Positions 49,456 through 58,751 of a stretch of DNA of 64,000 bases are shown here, in pieces. The translations under genes were made by a program, and so were the position numbers. Source of the DNA: a virus. Its lineage: Duplodnaviria > Caudoviricetes. The notes beneath the pieces are model-generated. The model was given only the letters and a program-made list of their open reading frames with translations. It was not told the origin of the DNA and searched no databases. The stretch lies in IMG/VR virus record IMGVR_UViG_3300028591_000084. The stretch is one strand, 5' to 3'. Numbering within the stretch: position 1 is the first letter of the stretch; each line of letters opens with the position of its first letter.

Positions 49456-50051
49456 AATATATCCTGTTTAAAAATATAGGATGATACAAAAAGGGACATA
49501 ATATTATCCCAGACTGACATAAGCTTGAAGGAGGGATCTGGAAACTTCATTATCTTCAAGAGATTTGAGAACTGTAGATAATTATTAAGTCCTATTATAA
49601 ACTCTTCTTCATTAAAGCTAAAATAGTTTGTAATAATTTCAGACCCGATCATATATGAAAATTTGTCTATTGATAAAAATCTATCATTAAGTTTACCATC
49701 AAGTTGAGTATTTATAAGACTTCCCCTAGTAATCAAATCTGTTCGGGCTATTATATCTAAAAAAGAAGTTATAGAAAATACTTTATATCCCAACAAAGAA
49801 TGGTGAAATTTAATAGAAAAAGTAGTACTTTCCTTAGACAATGAATAGTCCTTTGCTTTTTCAGCCAATTTAATCAGATTCTCACTATTAACTTGGTCAA
49901 AAAAATTTGGACTAACACTAAGGGCTAGTTGTCTCAATCGATTAGACATTATATACCTAAAAGTAATCTTCTTGTTACACGAAAGAAGACAAATATCATC
50001 TGACTTTAGTATAAACATTTTAATAACTTTGAGTCTTGGGCGGTACACCAT
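49410..50051 (-). CDS. hypothetical protein
   Basis: 213 aa. Confidence 0.7.
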   Translation of the reverse strand: MVYRPRLKVIKMFILKSDDICLLSCNKKITFRYIMSNRLRQLALSVSPNFFDQVNSENLIKLAEKAKDYSLSKESTTFSIKFHHSLLGYKVFSITSFLDIIARTDLITRGSLINTQLDGKLNDRFLSIDKFSYMIGSEIITNYFSFNEEEFIIGLNNYLQFSNLLKIMKFPDPSFKLMSVWDNIMSLFVSSYIFKQDILCDASKNQPKTIVLS

Positions 50052-50058
50052 TTAATTG

Positions 50059-50577
50059 CTACTTGATACTTACTCCAACCCACTCTAAAAATATCCTCTG
50101 AAAATTCTTGAAAGATACTAAACGACTATTGAAATATATAAATCTTCTCGCTATCTCTTGATCAAACTCATCAGTAAAAATATATTTAGGAAGTAAGCTT
50201 ATCATTTCCTCTTTTTCCTTTCTACACTTCATTGACCTAGAGAACGTTAGATACTTTTCGTAATCACTTCTTGTCAAGATCCTAGCATCGTATTTTAACA
50301 ATCCCATTAAGATCTGCTTCATACTTATCACTTTAGGCCCATGGAATAAAGCAATTTCATTAAAAGAAATCCTCACCTCAGAAATATTTATATCTTCATA
50401 TTTTTTACCTTTATTAAATAGTTTCTCTATGGTATCTGGAAAATCTATTGAATTTCTTTCCATATTTATATTAACAGATCTTATTTTCGTTTTTCTCTGA
50501 TTAAAAATAAAAGTTACTCTATCACAATAATTGTTACCACCCCACACGCCAAGCGATCTTGTCTTAACTAAAATCAT
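50059..50577 (-). CDS. hypothetical protein, family D
   Basis: LPKYIFTDEFDQEIARRFI shared with neighbour. Confidence 0.8.
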   Translation of the reverse strand: MILVKTRSLGVWGGNNYCDRVTFIFNQRKTKIRSVNINMERNSIDFPDTIEKLFNKGKKYEDINISEVRISFNEIALFHGPKVISMKQILMGLLKYDARILTRSDYEKYLTFSRSMKCRKEKEEMISLLPKYIFTDEFDQEIARRFIYFNSRLVSFKNFQRIFLEWVGVSIK

Positions 50578-51104
50578 ATTGTATCTTTCATTATTTTAAT
50601 GAGATTATATCTATAAGAGACATTATTCTCAAGTTTCTTCAGGTCAACTAGAACTGAATTAACGAATATAAATCTTCTTGCTATCTCTTGGTCAAACTCA
50701 TCAGTAAAAATAAACTCTGGTAATCTTCCCTTAGTAAGACTATAAACAGGTCTCCCCATGTTAATTACCATATCATAAGAGGCACTAAAGGTTAGGGTTT
50801 GATAGTTTTCTCTTGATATTGGGTCGACGGTACCTCGACTTATCTTTTTAACTATTTGTTGAGTAGATATTAGTTTATAAGGGGACCAATCTACACAAAG
50901 TCTATTAAAACATACTCTTTGATATGATACTGCTGTCTCCATTTGCAGTATTTCGTGTAAAGTTCTTGGTGGTTTTAGTAAAAAAAGTCTTTTATTAACT
51001 CTTATGTCTTTCAATAGCATATTATTTTGATTGAAAGCAAAAGATAAAGCTAAAATTCGATTTGATCCTTTTGCTTGTACATTAACAACATTAACTAAAA
51101 TCAT
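50574..51104 (-). CDS. hypothetical protein, family D
   Basis: LPEFIFTDEFDQEIARRFI. Confidence 0.8.
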   Translation of the reverse strand: MILVNVVNVQAKGSNRILALSFAFNQNNMLLKDIRVNKRLFLLKPPRTLHEILQMETAVSYQRVCFNRLCVDWSPYKLISTQQIVKKISRGTVDPISRENYQTLTFSASYDMVINMGRPVYSLTKGRLPEFIFTDEFDQEIARRFIFVNSVLVDLKKLENNVSYRYNLIKIMKDTI

Positions 51105-51158
51105 AATAAAATAAAAGGATTACACATACTCTTTTATAAGTAAGGTAATCCCGTGTTT

Positions 51159-51350
51159 TTAGATACTTCCTGCAGCTTCAGGGTCGAGTCGGCTAAGAAT
51201 TTTATGTAATCTCCAGATCTCTTTCTTTAATCTTTTATTCTCGTCACTAAGTTTATTAAGTCGATTATTAGTTTTCTCAGTTGTATTAACTAAGCTCTTT
51301 ATATTCTTCTCATTAGTTAAAACCTTCTTCTGCATTGACTCATTGGACAT
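51159..51350 (-). CDS. small coiled-coil protein
   Basis: 63 aa heptad-like. Confidence 0.65.
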   Translation of the reverse strand: MSNESMQKKVLTNEKNIKSLVNTTEKTNNRLNKLSDENKRLKKEIWRLHKILSRLDPEAAGSI

Positions 51351-51415
51351 TTCCGTTAGTTATTTATTAATTAGAATTGGGGGCCACTAAGAACCCCAGT
51401 TTGTATTTTTCTAAA

Positions 51416-52150
51416 CTAATTGCTTAATTGGAAAAGTTCATTAATACCTAAACACCTATAATTAGTTTCTCCACTATGACCGCAATAAGAATGATGATAA
51501 TGACCATAGAACCACCAAGAAGATCTAACCTCTCTTAATACAAAATCTAAGTAGTTTCTATCATCAAGTATTTTCTTATACGTCTCATACTGAACTTGCG
51601 ATCCTCTAATAAGTGGTGGATCAAAAGATAACGGGGCTTCATGAGATATAATAATATCTACTTTAATTGGAAGATCTGATGTCTTCTTTAAAATCTCTTC
51701 ATCAGGCCACCAAATTCTTTTACTTGACCCTAAAGAGATTAAGTAGTTATTATATTCTCTTCTACTTCTCCCCTTAATAGCATCAGGAAAATCTATATCA
51801 ACACTAACACCACCACCTATTGGATAAATCTTTTTTCCACAGATCTCAACAACTTCATGATCTTTCAAAAGTTTAAGTCGATCATAAGTATGAGTTCCAT
51901 CAAAATAAGCTGGGTCATCATGGTTCCCTCTAATAGCATAGATATTAAGATTATTCTCTTCTAAGGTTTTCTTTATCTTATCATACAAAACATCAAGACT
52001 ATTAGGGCCACCAAATCCTACACCAAAGTCCCCACAAATAATAATATCAGACTCCGATATCTTATTACGGGCCTTTAAAATCACATTTACTAAGTAATTC
52101 AATTCACCATGAATATCACCACAAAATAATAAACCTCTAATATTATCCAT
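51416..52150 (-). CDS. calcineurin-like metallophosphoesterase
   Basis: GDIHG, CGDFG, GNHD, SHEAP, GHYH. Confidence 0.92.
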   Translation of the reverse strand: MDNIRGLLFCGDIHGELNYLVNVILKARNKISESDIIICGDFGVGFGGPNSLDVLYDKIKKTLEENNLNIYAIRGNHDDPAYFDGTHTYDRLKLLKDHEVVEICGKKIYPIGGGVSVDIDFPDAIKGRSRREYNNYLISLGSSKRIWWPDEEILKKTSDLPIKVDIIISHEAPLSFDPPLIRGSQVQYETYKKILDDRNYLDFVLREVRSSWWFYGHYHHSYCGHSGETNYRCLGINELFQLSN

Positions 52151-52151
52151 A

Positions 52152-52199
52152 TATAGGTAAGGAATTTACCTGAGAATTCCAGCAAAATCCTTATTATTG
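52152..52199. promoter_or_regulatory. divergent phage promoters (phosphoesterase / clpP)
   Basis: Minus: aattCCTTAcctaTA. Plus: aaatCCTTAttatTG. Confidence 0.7.
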
Positions 52200-52220
52200 A
52201 CATTAAACAAATTAAATTTT

Positions 52221-52901
52221 ATGGGATTTAGAGATTTTTATAAAGCAGAACATCCTTATGGTATGTCTGCTCTTGATGATTATGCGAAGAAGAGTGTGAT
52301 TACTCCTTATATCACAAGAGAGAGTAAAGATCGCATGGTTCAAGTTGATGTATTTTCTGAGCTGATGGATAATAGAATTATGTTTCTCGGAGATGAGATT
52401 AATTCAGATGTTTGTTGTATTGCCCTCAGTCAGCTTGTATATCTTCACGCAGTAAATCCAACCGCCCCAATAACAGTTTATATCATGAGCCCTGGGGGTG
52501 AAGTATACTCAGGGATGGCACTTTATGATACTATGGAGCTTATTAAAAAAGATTGTGTAATTAATACAACTTGCCTTGGGCTGGCCGCTAGTATGGGCAG
52601 TATATTAATGCAAGGAGGTACACGAGGATATAGAAGCGCATTACCACATAGCAGAATTATGGTTCACTCTGCTAGTACCGGGGCAGAACGCATAACTTAT
52701 CCTGACCTTAGAATTATGGCAGATGAAACAGAACAGCTGAATAACGAATTGCTTAGAATTCTTAGTGAATCTAGTGGTAAACCTTTTGAGGAAGTAGAGA
52801 AAGATTGTCAAAGGGATTGCTGGGTTAGGGCAGATGATGCGCTACCTGGAAAATATGGAGAATTTGGATTGATAGATAAAATTATAGATAAATTAAATTG
52901 A
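52221..52901 (+). CDS. clpP: ATP-dependent Clp protease proteolytic subunit (start revised to MGFRDFY)
   Basis: DVFSELMDNRIMFL, YIMSPGG, AASMGS (Ser), IMVH (His), RD (Asp), FGLID. Confidence 0.96.
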   Translation: MGFRDFYKAEHPYGMSALDDYAKKSVITPYITRESKDRMVQVDVFSELMDNRIMFLGDEINSDVCCIALSQLVYLHAVNPTAPITVYIMSPGGEVYSGMALYDTMELIKKDCVINTTCLGLAASMGSILMQGGTRGYRSALPHSRIMVHSASTGAERITYPDLRIMADETEQLNNELLRILSESSGKPFEEVEKDCQRDCWVRADDALPGKYGEFGLIDKIIDKLN

Positions 52902-52938
52902 TTTTACATTTGTTTTAGCTTTACTTATTGTGAGGAAA

Positions 52939-52990
52939 GTAGTGGTCTGTGAAGATCGCTACTTTTCATTTTTAACCGGACTCTGTATTA
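52939..52990 (+). repeat. repeat/terminator element after clpP
   Basis: 52-bp perfect inverted repeat of 44387..44438. Confidence 0.9.
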
Positions 52991-53583
52991 GGGTCTTTGA
53001 GTTTCTAGTGGGACGAAAGTTCGGCGCGGAATCTTTGGTTTTGTAATCTCGGGAAAAATAAACAAACCTGACTTGCTTAAAGGCAGGAGTTAGGAGCGTT
53101 TCCCCGAAGACATAACTCTGGAATGAAACGACTGATTAAAGGAGTGAAATGAAGGATTAAATTAAAAGTTGAGACGGGAGCCCTAATTCTAAAAGAATTA
53201 GCCCTCCACACCACCCGTCTCACTCAATTGGCGCTATCGCTCCAACTGAGGTAAATTATATCAATAAAATCTCTATATTTCCAAAGGAAATTTGGTGTGG
53301 TGGGCTATTCTATACTTGGCGAATCTTATGATGACATGGCGCACTTTAGGGCGACAGGGCAGAATAAGACAATGAGATAGTATAGAATAGGGCTTGTTTT
53401 TAAAGATTTTATATTAAAATTAGTAAAATTAAAATTTGTCATTTTTTTAAAATTTATGTAGTATATAAGGGATAACGGAAAAATTATCTCAAAAATGACA
53501 AAAAATACTGATAAATTCAACCTAAATCCTGACATGTGGGAAATACTCCCAACTGCAGAAATTTTAAGCTAAATTTATATAGT
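52991..53583. other. structured non-coding region (candidate origin or regulatory RNA)
   Basis: Multiple hairpins (tgagacggg/cccgtctca; 53199..53213 complementary to 53293..53307) followed by an AT-rich tract. Confidence 0.4.
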
Positions 53584-55653
53584 ATGAAAAAAGAGAGAAT
53601 CATTGTACCAGAAGGAATTAGGTACTTAAGTGATTGGGAAGATTATAAGTTAAGTAATTTTTCATTTCCACACATTCTTAACAAGGTTCTAACAGGGTGT
53701 GGATTTACTGAATACTGCCTAACTAATAATCAACCCCTAGTGTTAGGATCTCCAAGAAGATTTTTATTAGAAAACAAAGAAGATCAACATCCAGGTGAGG
53801 TTTACTATGCTAGAAACGACTTTGAAGAGGTTGTTGATTATGAGCTAGATCTTTCTGTTGATGATCTTAGAGCTTGTAATAAAATTGAAAGAGCTCAAAA
53901 TCTTGAGTTATTCAAAAAAAGAGCAGAAGATTTTAAGGATAATCTTAATAATTATCTGAACAATTGCTTGATAACAGGTAAAATTCCAAAAATTCTCGTT
54001 ACCTATGACTCCTTTAAACTGGTAAAGGAAGTATTAAAGGATCGAGGCTTTCTATATGATTTTCAAGTAGTTATCGATGAATTTCAGTCAATTTTTATCG
54101 ATTCCAGATTTAAAGCAGGTACAGAATTAGAGTTACTCTATCATCTTCAGGATCTTCAAAAAATTTGTTTTGTATCTGCTACTCCAATGTTGGATGTATA
54201 TTTGGAGAAGCTTGATGAATTTAAAGATCTGCCATATTTCGAATTAGATTGGAAAACTGCTGATCCTGGCAGGGTAATTAATCCGATGCTGAATGTCAAA
54301 TTTGTTAGATCCTTGAATGAAGAGGCAGAGTCAGTTGTTCAGTCCTATCTTAAAGGTAAATTTGATACAAGATTAGATGCTAAAACCGGCGGATTTATAG
54401 AATCAACAGAGGCAGTTATCTTTATGAATTCTGTATCAGCTGTTTGCCAGGTTATACGAACAAATTTTCTTCACATTGATCAGTGTAATGTCTTATGTGC
54501 TAAGACTGCCGAGAATGAGAAAAAAGTGAGAGCAGCATTTAATCAAGTCTTAAAGAAGGAGCATAAGAATGAGTATAATATCCCAAGGGTTCCATCAAAA
54601 ATGCCTGTAATAGGTTCGATACCTAAGAAGGGAGAACGACACAAAATGTTTACTCTCTGCACTAGAACTGTCTATCTCGGAGCAGATTTTTATTCAACTT
54701 GTGCTAGAACTTTTATCTTTAGTGATGCTAATATTGAGTGTTTGGCAGTTGATATTAGTATGGATCTTGAACAGATTCTTGGTAGACAAAGACTTACTGA
54801 AAATTTATGGCGAGACGAGGCAAGTTTATTTGTAAGAACTATTAAGGATGATTATAAGATTCCCAGAGAGGAGTTTGATGCTTGGCTGACAGAGAAAGTT
54901 AGAAAAACAAATAGTTTATTGGAAATTTATAACGAAGTAACAGGTGGTTTAAAAAAGCACGACCTTGCAGACAAGTTCCTTGATGCTAATTTGATTAAAC
55001 ACTATAGAAAAGATTATATAGGCGTCAATAAACATGCAGGGAATGATCTCCTACCACAGTTTAATAATCTCGTCTTAGTGGCAGAACAAAGAGCATTTGA
55101 TATTCAGCAAATAGATTATGCAGATCGATTCAACGTTTTCAGTGCATTAAAGAAAGAAGATTTTCAGAGTACAAAAGAAGAGGTGATTGAGTTTGCTAGA
55201 GAATTTAACAGTATTAAAAATGTCTCTCAGAAATTGAAATGTCTTGTTGAATTTGGTGAAAAGGAGGATATTACCCCAGAAGATATCAAGAAGTTATTCA
55301 ACCTAATCCCTGGTAAGTATAAGGATTACTATACGCTCCTAGGGCCGGACAGAATAAGGGCCAATTCTTATCACGAGTCTGAACTTAAGAAAGAGTGGAT
55401 AAAGCTTCATACTGTTGATGGTACTGTTAGCCTTAAAACTAGAATTCTTGAAACTTTTGAGGTTGGCGAAAGATACTCAAAAGAAGATATTAAAGAGGCA
55501 CTGAGAGAAATTTATAAAAATTTAAATTATAACAAAACGCCAAAAGCTACGGATCTTAGTGAGTGGTATATTCTTAAGAGAGTTTATATTTCTGAGCGAA
55601 AGAAAAATGGCTTTGAGATTTTAGGTTTAAAAGAAGATGTTATACCTGATTAA
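53584..55653 (+). CDS. SF2-helicase-like protein with degenerate Walker A (possible origin-binding/replication protein)
   Basis: TGCGFT, VIDEFQ, SATP, GADF, QILGRQR; start revised to MKKERI. Confidence 0.75.
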   Translation: MKKERIIVPEGIRYLSDWEDYKLSNFSFPHILNKVLTGCGFTEYCLTNNQPLVLGSPRRFLLENKEDQHPGEVYYARNDFEEVVDYELDLSVDDLRACNKIERAQNLELFKKRAEDFKDNLNNYLNNCLITGKIPKILVTYDSFKLVKEVLKDRGFLYDFQVVIDEFQSIFIDSRFKAGTELELLYHLQDLQKICFVSATPMLDVYLEKLDEFKDLPYFELDWKTADPGRVINPMLNVKFVRSLNEEAESVVQSYLKGKFDTRLDAKTGGFIESTEAVIFMNSVSAVCQVIRTNFLHIDQCNVLCAKTAENEKKVRAAFNQVLKKEHKNEYNIPRVPSKMPVIGSIPKKGERHKMFTLCTRTVYLGADFYSTCARTFIFSDANIECLAVDISMDLEQILGRQRLTENLWRDEASLFVRTIKDDYKIPREEFDAWLTEKVRKTNSLLEIYNEVTGGLKKHDLADKFLDANLIKHYRKDYIGVNKHAGNDLLPQFNNLVLVAEQRAFDIQQIDYADRFNVFSALKKEDFQSTKEEVIEFAREFNSIKNVSQKLKCLVEFGEKEDITPEDIKKLFNLIPGKYKDYYTLLGPDRIRANSYHESELKKEWIKLHTVDGTVSLKTRILETFEVGERYSKEDIKEALREIYKNLNYNKTPKATDLSEWYILKRVYISERKKNGFEILGLKEDVIPD

Positions 55654-56323
55654 GGCTGCTTATTTGGATGATAATGGATTACCTAAGTCAATATTAAAAT
55701 TTGGTTACTCAGACAATTGGATTAAGCGCTACACATCATATCGTTCTTATCAGCCAGGGGTCAGGGTACTTAAGTTATATGATGGTGGTAATTTAGATGA
55801 TGAAGCAAGAGTAAAGGAATATTTGAAATTATTTTGTATTTATGGTTCAGAGTGGTTTATTGATTGTGAAGTTGTAATTGAGTTTTTCAAGTTCAATGAT
55901 ACTTTAGATAAGCTACGTGAATCAACCAAATATTCCTTACCTTTGTCTTCATTAGATCTTAATCCTCCTGATTATTTTCTGATTAATTTTGTCATCGATT
56001 CTTTTTATTCTATGGAGAGTAAAAAGTTTTGTCTTCTTCGTTCTAGACTATTTGGTGAAGAATTACGTGGTCATTCCTTTTCAGAACAGCGTGACATAAT
56101 TTTCAAGAGGTATAGTTGTAATGAGTCTGACTATAGAAATTGGTTTATGAAGAATAGCCCTAAGTCGCCTAGTAAAGAATTATTAAGTATGGTAAAGGAA
56201 ATACGCGAGGAGTCTAATGAAGTTAGGAGATTAGCGTTATTAAGGGAGTTCAAATCAAACCATAGTGAGGAAGATTATCAATCTCTCTTGTTCTATTTAC
56301 CTCGAGAATTAAAAACCCCTTAA
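55637..56323 (+). CDS. GIY-YIG/T5orf172-like nuclease-domain protein
   Basis: LYLI...KFGYS....R...Y, E, EWF. Confidence 0.65.
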   Translation: MLYLIKAAYLDDNGLPKSILKFGYSDNWIKRYTSYRSYQPGVRVLKLYDGGNLDDEARVKEYLKLFCIYGSEWFIDCEVVIEFFKFNDTLDKLRESTKYSLPLSSLDLNPPDYFLINFVIDSFYSMESKKFCLLRSRLFGEELRGHSFSEQRDIIFKRYSCNESDYRNWFMKNSPKSPSKELLSMVKEIREESNEVRRLALLREFKSNHSEEDYQSLLFYLPRELKTP

Positions 56324-56337
56324 AACCCTTATAAATG
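56317..56337 (+). promoter_or_regulatory. phage promoter motif
   Basis: CCC-ttaaaac-CCTTAtaaaTG. Confidence 0.7.
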
Positions 56338-56532
56338 ACTAATAATAATATCCCAGATACCTCTAAGTGGTTTATTAGACTAATAGAGCTAAAGATCTCG
56401 AAGCTAAAATCTGGGCGAATCGAAGAGATAGGAAAAGGATTGCGAAAAACTTCGTCAGAGGAAAAGTAGCCCCTTAGTACTATTTCATTAGAGGAGTATA
56501 ATAAAAGTTTTTACGAACTTATATTTAAACAC

Positions 56533-57150
56533 ATGAGTAGAGTTAAAAGTATAACTGATGATATTTTATTTGTAAAAGAAAACAACAACATTGATATGAG
56601 GGACGAAAATAGCAGTGCGCGTAATAATAATAGTAGTCTGAGGGGAGATCAGAGCATTACTAGGGTGATCTCCGGTGGAAGGAGAGATGAAAAATATGTA
56701 GTGAATAATAATGAAGGAGGATTCAGGAGATTCCGTGGTTCTGATCAGAAACTTAGCGAAATAACGATTGATCCTCTAACTGCTGGTCCATATGAAGCAG
56801 ATTTGTTATTCAGACAGGAAATTTTTAGGATACTGTCTGGTGAAAACAACATTGAGAATATAGATGACTTTTATAGTCAGTTCTATAATGCGATTATGAC
56901 AAGTTTTCGTTTCAACAAGGATATTGTGTCTTTGTTGCCAACATCTACGTCAAGTTTTGTAAAGATGACTAAACGTCTTAAGATGTGGCGCAGAGTAATA
57001 AATTATATCGAAGGAGGAGCTACGACTTTGCCAAACAACAACAAGCACCGTCATATTATTGTGCCGGTGATTGAGAAGAGCAAATCAAAATTCCGGGTGG
57101 TACAACAAAGGCCCAGAAAAGTTGGCAGGGTAGTAGTAGAGGGAGACTAA
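56533..57150 (+). CDS. hypothetical protein, Asn/Arg-rich
   Basis: 205 aa; about 195-nt leader; terminator after. Confidence 0.75.
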   Translation: MSRVKSITDDILFVKENNNIDMRDENSSARNNNSSLRGDQSITRVISGGRRDEKYVVNNNEGGFRRFRGSDQKLSEITIDPLTAGPYEADLLFRQEIFRILSGENNIENIDDFYSQFYNAIMTSFRFNKDIVSLLPTSTSSFVKMTKRLKMWRRVINYIEGGATTLPNNNKHRHIIVPVIEKSKSKFRVVQQRPRKVGRVVVEGD

Positions 57151-57181
57151 CCAACTCCCTTTCTTTTTTTTCTTTTCCCAG

Positions 57182-57202
57182 CCCTTAGGATCCTTACTAT
57201 TG
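57182..57202 (+). promoter_or_regulatory. phage promoter motif
   Basis: CCC-ttaggat-CCTTActatTG-at-ATG. Confidence 0.75.
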
Positions 57203-57204
57203 AT

Positions 57205-58629
57205 ATGGTTATACAAGAAAAGTTAATAGTATACTTATTGAAGAGTTATAAGGACAGTCTCCCTGCTCCTCCTCGGGCTTATTTTATAGGCCAGAAGGAT
57301 ACCACTCAAAGAAAACAAACTTTATTGGAAAACATGGCTAGTTTTCTTGGTATTTTAAGGGAGGATAATTGGAAGGAAGATAAGATAGTTCAGTACGTTA
57401 TTCCCAATGGTAATTTTACTGTTGAAATTTGTGCTGATGATATTAATTGGTATGGTTATAAATTTATTCCAATAACTATTTCTTCCAAGGCTTTAGAGGA
57501 GACTGTTGGTATTCCTGGTTTTAAAGTATCCAGTTATATTTTTATGAGTGATTTTCTTAATCTTCTGAATAAGGTTAAGAATATTAACAACCTAACTCTG
57601 CCTGGGACTTATTGTATTGCTGATAGCGGGAGCACAGGAAGAGTCATTCCTAGATGTCTACTTGGGCATTTCTCTAGTGTAGTATTAGAGGACAGTAAAA
57701 ATAGTTTATACAGGGCTGCCGTTAGTGCAGGCAATGCTAAGTGTGTAGATAGAATGACTAGTAAGTGGAAGCCCGGGTGTTCTTATATTACCAGAAAAGG
57801 TGAAGAATTTTTATATCTGGGTAATATTGGTGAATTCCTATCAACTCAAACTTTTGGAAACGTTAATAGTAGGTTAAGAGAGTTTTATCTAGATTTAAAC
57901 TTTGAATCTGATCCTAAAAAATTAAGATATTTTATTCCCAGGTCTTTTTGTGTTAGTGGAGGTAAGTTATTACTAAATCTAAATTCATCAACAGGGGGAG
58001 TACAAATCAGAGATCGGATTGAGAAGATTAAGGATTCTTACACTATGGATGATTTCTTGATGGCTCTTTTTGACCCTTCTCGTGATATAGAGGGTATTAA
58101 GTGTTCTGACGTTCTTATTAACTTACCCCAAAGTGTAATAACCGGTGTAAGAGAGAAGGAGTATTTTAAAGTTGATTCAGACAACTTAGATAATATTGTA
58201 AAGGCAGTAGCTAGAGATTATTTTTATGGTCATTCGGTAGATAGAGTTCCAGAATTAATATCAAGTAACTATAGATCTAATGTCTGGGTCTTACTATCTG
58301 TTCTTGGTTCAGAAATATTTAAGAATTCAGAATATAGACCTTATTTGTTGGCAGGTGATAGAGCCTCAACGATCTGGAGTATTAGGAAAGATTGTACGTA
58401 TGTGTATGCCTGTAAGGAAAAAAAGATTAGTACTACTCAGAGAGCTAAGGATTACATTAAAATTATAGAAGGTGGTAAGAGTACGGATAGTGTTACTGGT
58501 CCTTTCTCTTATCGTTATATACCACTTGCTTTGGAAGAGGTGGGCAGTGAGTTTGACTTAATGAAATATACAGCAGAAGAGCGTCAAAACCTTATAAACG
58601 ACTTAAAACAAATATTTAATGTTGTATGA
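57205..58629 (+). CDS. hypothetical protein
   Basis: 474 aa. Confidence 0.85.
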   Translation: MVIQEKLIVYLLKSYKDSLPAPPRAYFIGQKDTTQRKQTLLENMASFLGILREDNWKEDKIVQYVIPNGNFTVEICADDINWYGYKFIPITISSKALEETVGIPGFKVSSYIFMSDFLNLLNKVKNINNLTLPGTYCIADSGSTGRVIPRCLLGHFSSVVLEDSKNSLYRAAVSAGNAKCVDRMTSKWKPGCSYITRKGEEFLYLGNIGEFLSTQTFGNVNSRLREFYLDLNFESDPKKLRYFIPRSFCVSGGKLLLNLNSSTGGVQIRDRIEKIKDSYTMDDFLMALFDPSRDIEGIKCSDVLINLPQSVITGVREKEYFKVDSDNLDNIVKAVARDYFYGHSVDRVPELISSNYRSNVWVLLSVLGSEIFKNSEYRPYLLAGDRASTIWSIRKDCTYVYACKEKKISTTQRAKDYIKIIEGGKSTDSVTGPFSYRYIPLALEEVGSEFDLMKYTAEERQNLINDLKQIFNVV

Positions 58630-58751
58630 AAAAGGATAAAGAAAATTCTAGTATTGTATTTTTCAAACCAGACACTAATGTAGTTATTGGAGAAATACAA
58701 CAAGAAACAAAGGTAACTCTTCCTAATTCCGTCTACTTCTCATAAAGGGGT

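Noticed and set aside
52197-52220. Track start sites for clpP (also thyA 27378, 12496, 28699, 20688..21281, 53536)
   Set aside because: They overlap promoter motifs or neighbouring genes; downstream ATGs fit better
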